Of a stretch of 64,000 nucleotides of DNA, positions 60,047 through 64,000 are shown piece after piece. The position numbers were made by a program, and so were the translations under genes. The notes under the pieces are model-generated. The model was not told the DNA's origin, did not search any database, and was given only the letters and a program-made list of their open reading frames with translations. Source of the DNA: Malacoraja senta (lineage: Eukaryota); assembly GCA_038087875.1 (NCBI GenBank), contig CM075991.1, forward strand, positions 62,001 through 126,000. The letters run 5' to 3'. Position 1 is the first letter of the stretch. Each line of letters begins with the position of its first letter.

Positions 60047-60991
60047 TTATAAGACAGAATTTAAAATTGAATCCGCAAAAACCACTGGCCTGGTAATGGG
60101 TTTGTTATAGAAAGTCTGAAAAGGTCTTTCATTAGACCATCCTGCCGCCGCAAGGATGTGGTCCATAGGAACTTCCAACCCCTTCGCTGCCGATGTTGAT
60201 GCAGTCCTGGTGGAGTGATATTTAAAAACATCAGTGTCCACACCTGCACAAGCCGACACCTGTCTTAGCCACCTCGAGATGGTCTGCACTGACACCCTTC
60301 TGTGAGTTTTTTTATGACTGATAAGTAATGCCAATTCAGTGCCTCTGAGATTTTTAGTGACCTTGATATATTGTAGCAAATGAGTGACTACACATAAGCG
60401 AAGGTCCACATCATATGCTGCGAATTCCAATTTGAGACCTGACGCCCCTGGTCTGCTCTGCTTAATTAACACATACACGCAGAAAGTTATTTTATTGGGA
60501 GATGTTACCATTGTGTCCAGTCGCAATTTATGCAGCGACTGGACCCATTGCGCCGAAACCAGCGCCATAAGCATGACTACTTTATAAGTTAGCTTGACCA
60601 GTGACAGGGATGTTGCTGGAGCCCACCCCCGAAGCAGCGTCAGTACAATGTTTACATCCCAAATGTCGGAGTACCTAGACCTGGGGAGATTGGTGTTGAA
60701 AATACCCTTCATGAGTCGCGACACCAATGGGTGAGACCCAACAGCGTGGTGTCTCGACCCCAGCCATAAGTATGATGATAGTGCACTTCTGGCACAATTG
60801 ATGGCACTGTAACTCAGTCCTTCATCAAAATAAAGACTGGACAAAAACTCTAACACATCTGTCACATGTGCTGTGGTATACATGATGTTAGACCGTGAGC
60901 AGAACACCTCCCATCTCCTAATGTAGGAGATGTGCTGTTTTTTGGTGGAATCCCTCCAAGCCGCCGTGATCATGTTCAAGGTTCGATCCAT
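60047..60991 (-). CDS. DIRS tyrosine recombinase, open frame but first catalytic Arg replaced by Trp
   Basis: 314 aa; SAQWVQSL (SAQRVQSL in copy 2), HSTR, AGWS, FYNK. Confidence 0.85.
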   Translation of the reverse strand: MDRTLNMITAAWRDSTKKQHISYIRRWEVFCSRSNIMYTTAHVTDVLEFLSSLYFDEGLSYSAINCARSALSSYLWLGSRHHAVGSHPLVSRLMKGIFNTNLPRSRYSDIWDVNIVLTLLRGWAPATSLSLVKLTYKVVMLMALVSAQWVQSLHKLRLDTMVTSPNKITFCVYVLIKQSRPGASGLKLEFAAYDVDLRLCVVTHLLQYIKVTKNLRGTELALLISHKKTHRRVSVQTISRWLRQVSACAGVDTDVFKYHSTRTASTSAAKGLEVPMDHILAAAGWSNERPFQTFYNKPITRPVVFADSILNSVL

Positions 60992-61017
60992 CAGTCCAAG
61001 CCCCAGGAAAGATGTCC

Positions 61018-62850
61018 TCAGTCATGGCACGGGTGACTCTCCTCTGTTACAGGATGAACCAGCAAATCAAGGCGTTTGGAAACGGTCAAAGAATGTTCTG
61101 GTGCCATACCCAGAACCAAAGGGAACCATGGCTGAGTAGGCCAGTCGGGTACTACCAAAATACCCGACACGGAGTCTTGTTGGTCTTTTGCAAGACCCGA
61201 CTGATGAGGCAGAAGGGAGGAAATGCATAGAAATACAATCCTCCTCAGTGTAGCGAGAATGCATCCATCGCCACTGCCCCAGGGTCTGGCTCCCATGCAA
61301 CATATTTTGGCAATTGGTGATTAAGCCTGGATGCGAATAGATTGATATCCGGCGTTCCATACCGAGCAACAATGTGGTCCAACATCCATTCGATGTTGTC
61401 ATTAACTTTTCGTGACCTGATGTCCGCCATTATATTAAGCTTACCTGGAAGGTAGGTAGCTGACATACAAATGTTTCTTTCAATGCACCAGTGCCAAATA
61501 AGGTTAGCCAAATTATCACAGGATACCGACTTAATTCCACCCATGTGATTAATATATGCCACTGCAGTGGTGTTGTCAACCTGAAGTTGAACGTGCAGAT
61601 GATGCATATTTGTACAGTAAGCCCTCAGCCCGTAGAATGCACCCAACATCTCTAAATAATTAATACCATGTGACTGAAGCAATGAAGATTCATGCATATC
61701 CCATCTGCCACCGCAACTAGAGATGGTATTAGTAGCACCCCAACCTTGAGTGCTAGCATCAGTTTGTAAAATAACTGAAGGACTGCTGACTACAATGGTA
61801 TTGGAACAATGCCGAATGTTGAGTATCCACCATTGCAATTCAGAAATAGCATTGGCTGGTAACCGCATAGGTCTGTCAAAATGACCAGCATGATCTTTGA
61901 GTGTTTGCACCTTTGCACGTTGCAAATTTTGATAATGCAAAGGTCCAAACTGTGTGGCTGGAAATGCAGCCACTAACTTGCCAATTACCCTGGCTACTTG
62001 TCGAATAGAGGGTTGCTCAACAACAACAAGGTTGTTACAGGCTTCTATTAATTCTAATCTCTTGCCCCAGGGCAGAGCCACAGACATGTGAACAGAGTTA
62101 ATAGTAAACCCTAAATAATCAATAACCGTGGATGGTATCAACTTAGATTTATCTGGATGGCTGAGAAACCCCAATTTCTCAAACAAGTGTTTAGTGGCTG
62201 AAACAACTAATTTAGCTAATTCCAGACTTTTCCCAATGTTTAGTATATCATCCAAGTATGCCATGACAATGTGTTTTTTGAGCTCTGAGAAGCGCAAGGG
62301 CCGGTTTTAATATTTTGGTAAATAATCTGGGGGCTGATGTTAACCCATTAGGCAACGCCTTAAACTGCCACAGTTGCTCCATCCAGTTAAACTTCAAATA
62401 CCTCTGGTGATCCCTATGAATGGGTACCGAATAGTATGCATCTTTGAGATCGATGCATGCCATAAATCATCCTTTGGAAATCAAATGTTTGGCTGTAACA
62501 AAGGTTTCCATTTTAAAATGTTTATACTGCACAAAAGCGTTAAGCTGGGTCAAATCAATGATGATGCAGCATCCACCATCTTTCTTTCTCCTTGTAAAGA
62601 TATTAGAAACAAATTCATGAGGGTCATGCCTTGACCTCTCAACTACCCCTTTTGAATGCAACTTCAATATTTCTGCATGCATATCCAAACCCCCCTGCTG
62701 TGAAAGTACAAACGTCCGGTTTGGTATATGCTGTGTGGGTGGTAACGAATTGTGAAGGAACGCAATTTTGTACCCCCGTATACTGTGCAGTATAAATGGG
62801 TCAGATGTGATCGAACTTCATGCATTCCAAAACAAGTGTAATCTCCCACC
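61018..62850 (-). pseudogene. DIRS copy 3 pol (RT, RNase H, MT-like), frameshifted
   Basis: ORFs 62467-62688, 62248-62463, 61245-62297, 61018-61296. Confidence 0.88.
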
Positions 62851-64000
62851 AACTTGTAAATAATCTACACACCCCATGTTCCGGAAGGCACCAGACCCAC
62901 CTACCTCCATGGTTACTAGTGGGTTTGTGTTTATTTCTTCCGCCCCCGAGTCTTGCGGGGTAGGGGTGCTGGAATGTGGGAACGGCGCATCTTCCAAGAA
63001 GGCCGTTCTGGGCCTTGGCCTAAAAAAGACCTTTGTCCAGGATATACGGCCTTCGAGCTTTCACCAGCCTCAGGATACGTTTTTTTGCTGGTGGATGCAT
63101 AGGGGTACTGCCGCCGAAATAGAGAGGTCTTGCTGGTTAACGGCGCCTTCATCAGCCCGACAGCCTTTGCCTCTTCATCAAGGTCCTTGACCTGTTTCGG
63201 TAGGTTCTCCCCGAAGAGGAAGTTTGGCGGCTGGATGTTGCTGGCTTTACAGAACCCCGCAAATTTTGGGTTTAGGGCAGGCCGGATGGCACTTTTCCTG
63301 AATCAATTAATCTCAAAATGTGCGTTGCACATGAGTGCTAGAGCATCCTGCTGCTCATCCGATAATGGTCTTCCATCTACGGACCTGGCAAACGCCGTTA
63401 TGCCCGAAGACAGTAATTTGAGGATTTTCTGGATTTTAATTTCTTGGGCCCTGATGCCCCCTCCAATGTATCCCCAAATTGAATTATTAACAGCTGGAAC
63501 ATTCAACGAAGCACAATTTGCAGGTGCCATGTATTTGGCAGCTGTTTCAGTGATCACCTGCGCCTGCAGCTGTGGGAGGTAAGGTAGTTAATACTCGCAG
63601 CCAGCTGCTCCTGTAACGGCTCCCCTGTTTGCGAAGGAATCGCGAATTTGGAGACCATGGCAGGTCCAGCGCACCCCAAGCACACTTGAAGTTTCTTCAG
63701 CCATTCCCCTGAATTCGGAGCCAGCCCAGTACTGACTCCGTGTGCTCCCCTCTGCGGAGAGGGAGACATTGTGCAGCCCTACACCAGGCGCTGCCGTGGG
63801 CATCCGAGGAGACCCACGCTGACATATCTCCGACTGCTGGAGTATGTCATGTTGGAGCATTTTCTCCATTAACCGCTCCATTCGGGATAAACGCCCTAGG
63901 GCGCTATCTGCCTTAGGACGTGAGTCTTCCCAGCCTGACTCGTCTGAGTCCACAGGCCTATCCGACTTACTTTTGGATTTACCCCCTTTCTGGGGAATCA

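Larger units (their letters stand above)
58681..64000 (-). mobile_element. DIRS1-like element, copy 3 (5' end lies beyond the window)
   Basis: gag-like 63303-63953, RT IDLKDAYY and AYLDD, RNase H, MT-like region, YR; terminus at 58681 and ICR at 59760-59871. Confidence 0.93.

Overview
Repeat-dominated eukaryotic DNA, most likely from a cartilaginous fish (HE1-type V-SINE, shark/ray-type CR1 LINEs, GPR139-like receptor); the species cannot be read from the sequence. Two host genes are visible: a two-exon class A GPCR on the minus strand (57561-57288 joined to 56274-55319) and a disrupted C2H2 zinc-finger gene (about 38815-39832, minus). Most of the rest is nested retroelements: three DIRS1-like tyrosine-recombinase retrotransposons, a Gypsy element with 153-bp LTRs, L1, L2, Rex1-like and at least two CR1 families, Penelope fragments, SINEs and satellites. 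There is a 200-N assembly gap. The strongest observations are: a Penelope fragment with a hammerhead-ribozyme-like core that supplies the GPCR's C-terminus and stop codon; an 878-bp duplication flanking an L1; a shared ATT crossover core at every visible DIRS end; and a GC-rich non-coding retroposon family with a covarying hairpin. I found no wholly new multi-gene system. Repeat boundaries and mismatch counts are by eye and approximate unless a junction is quoted.
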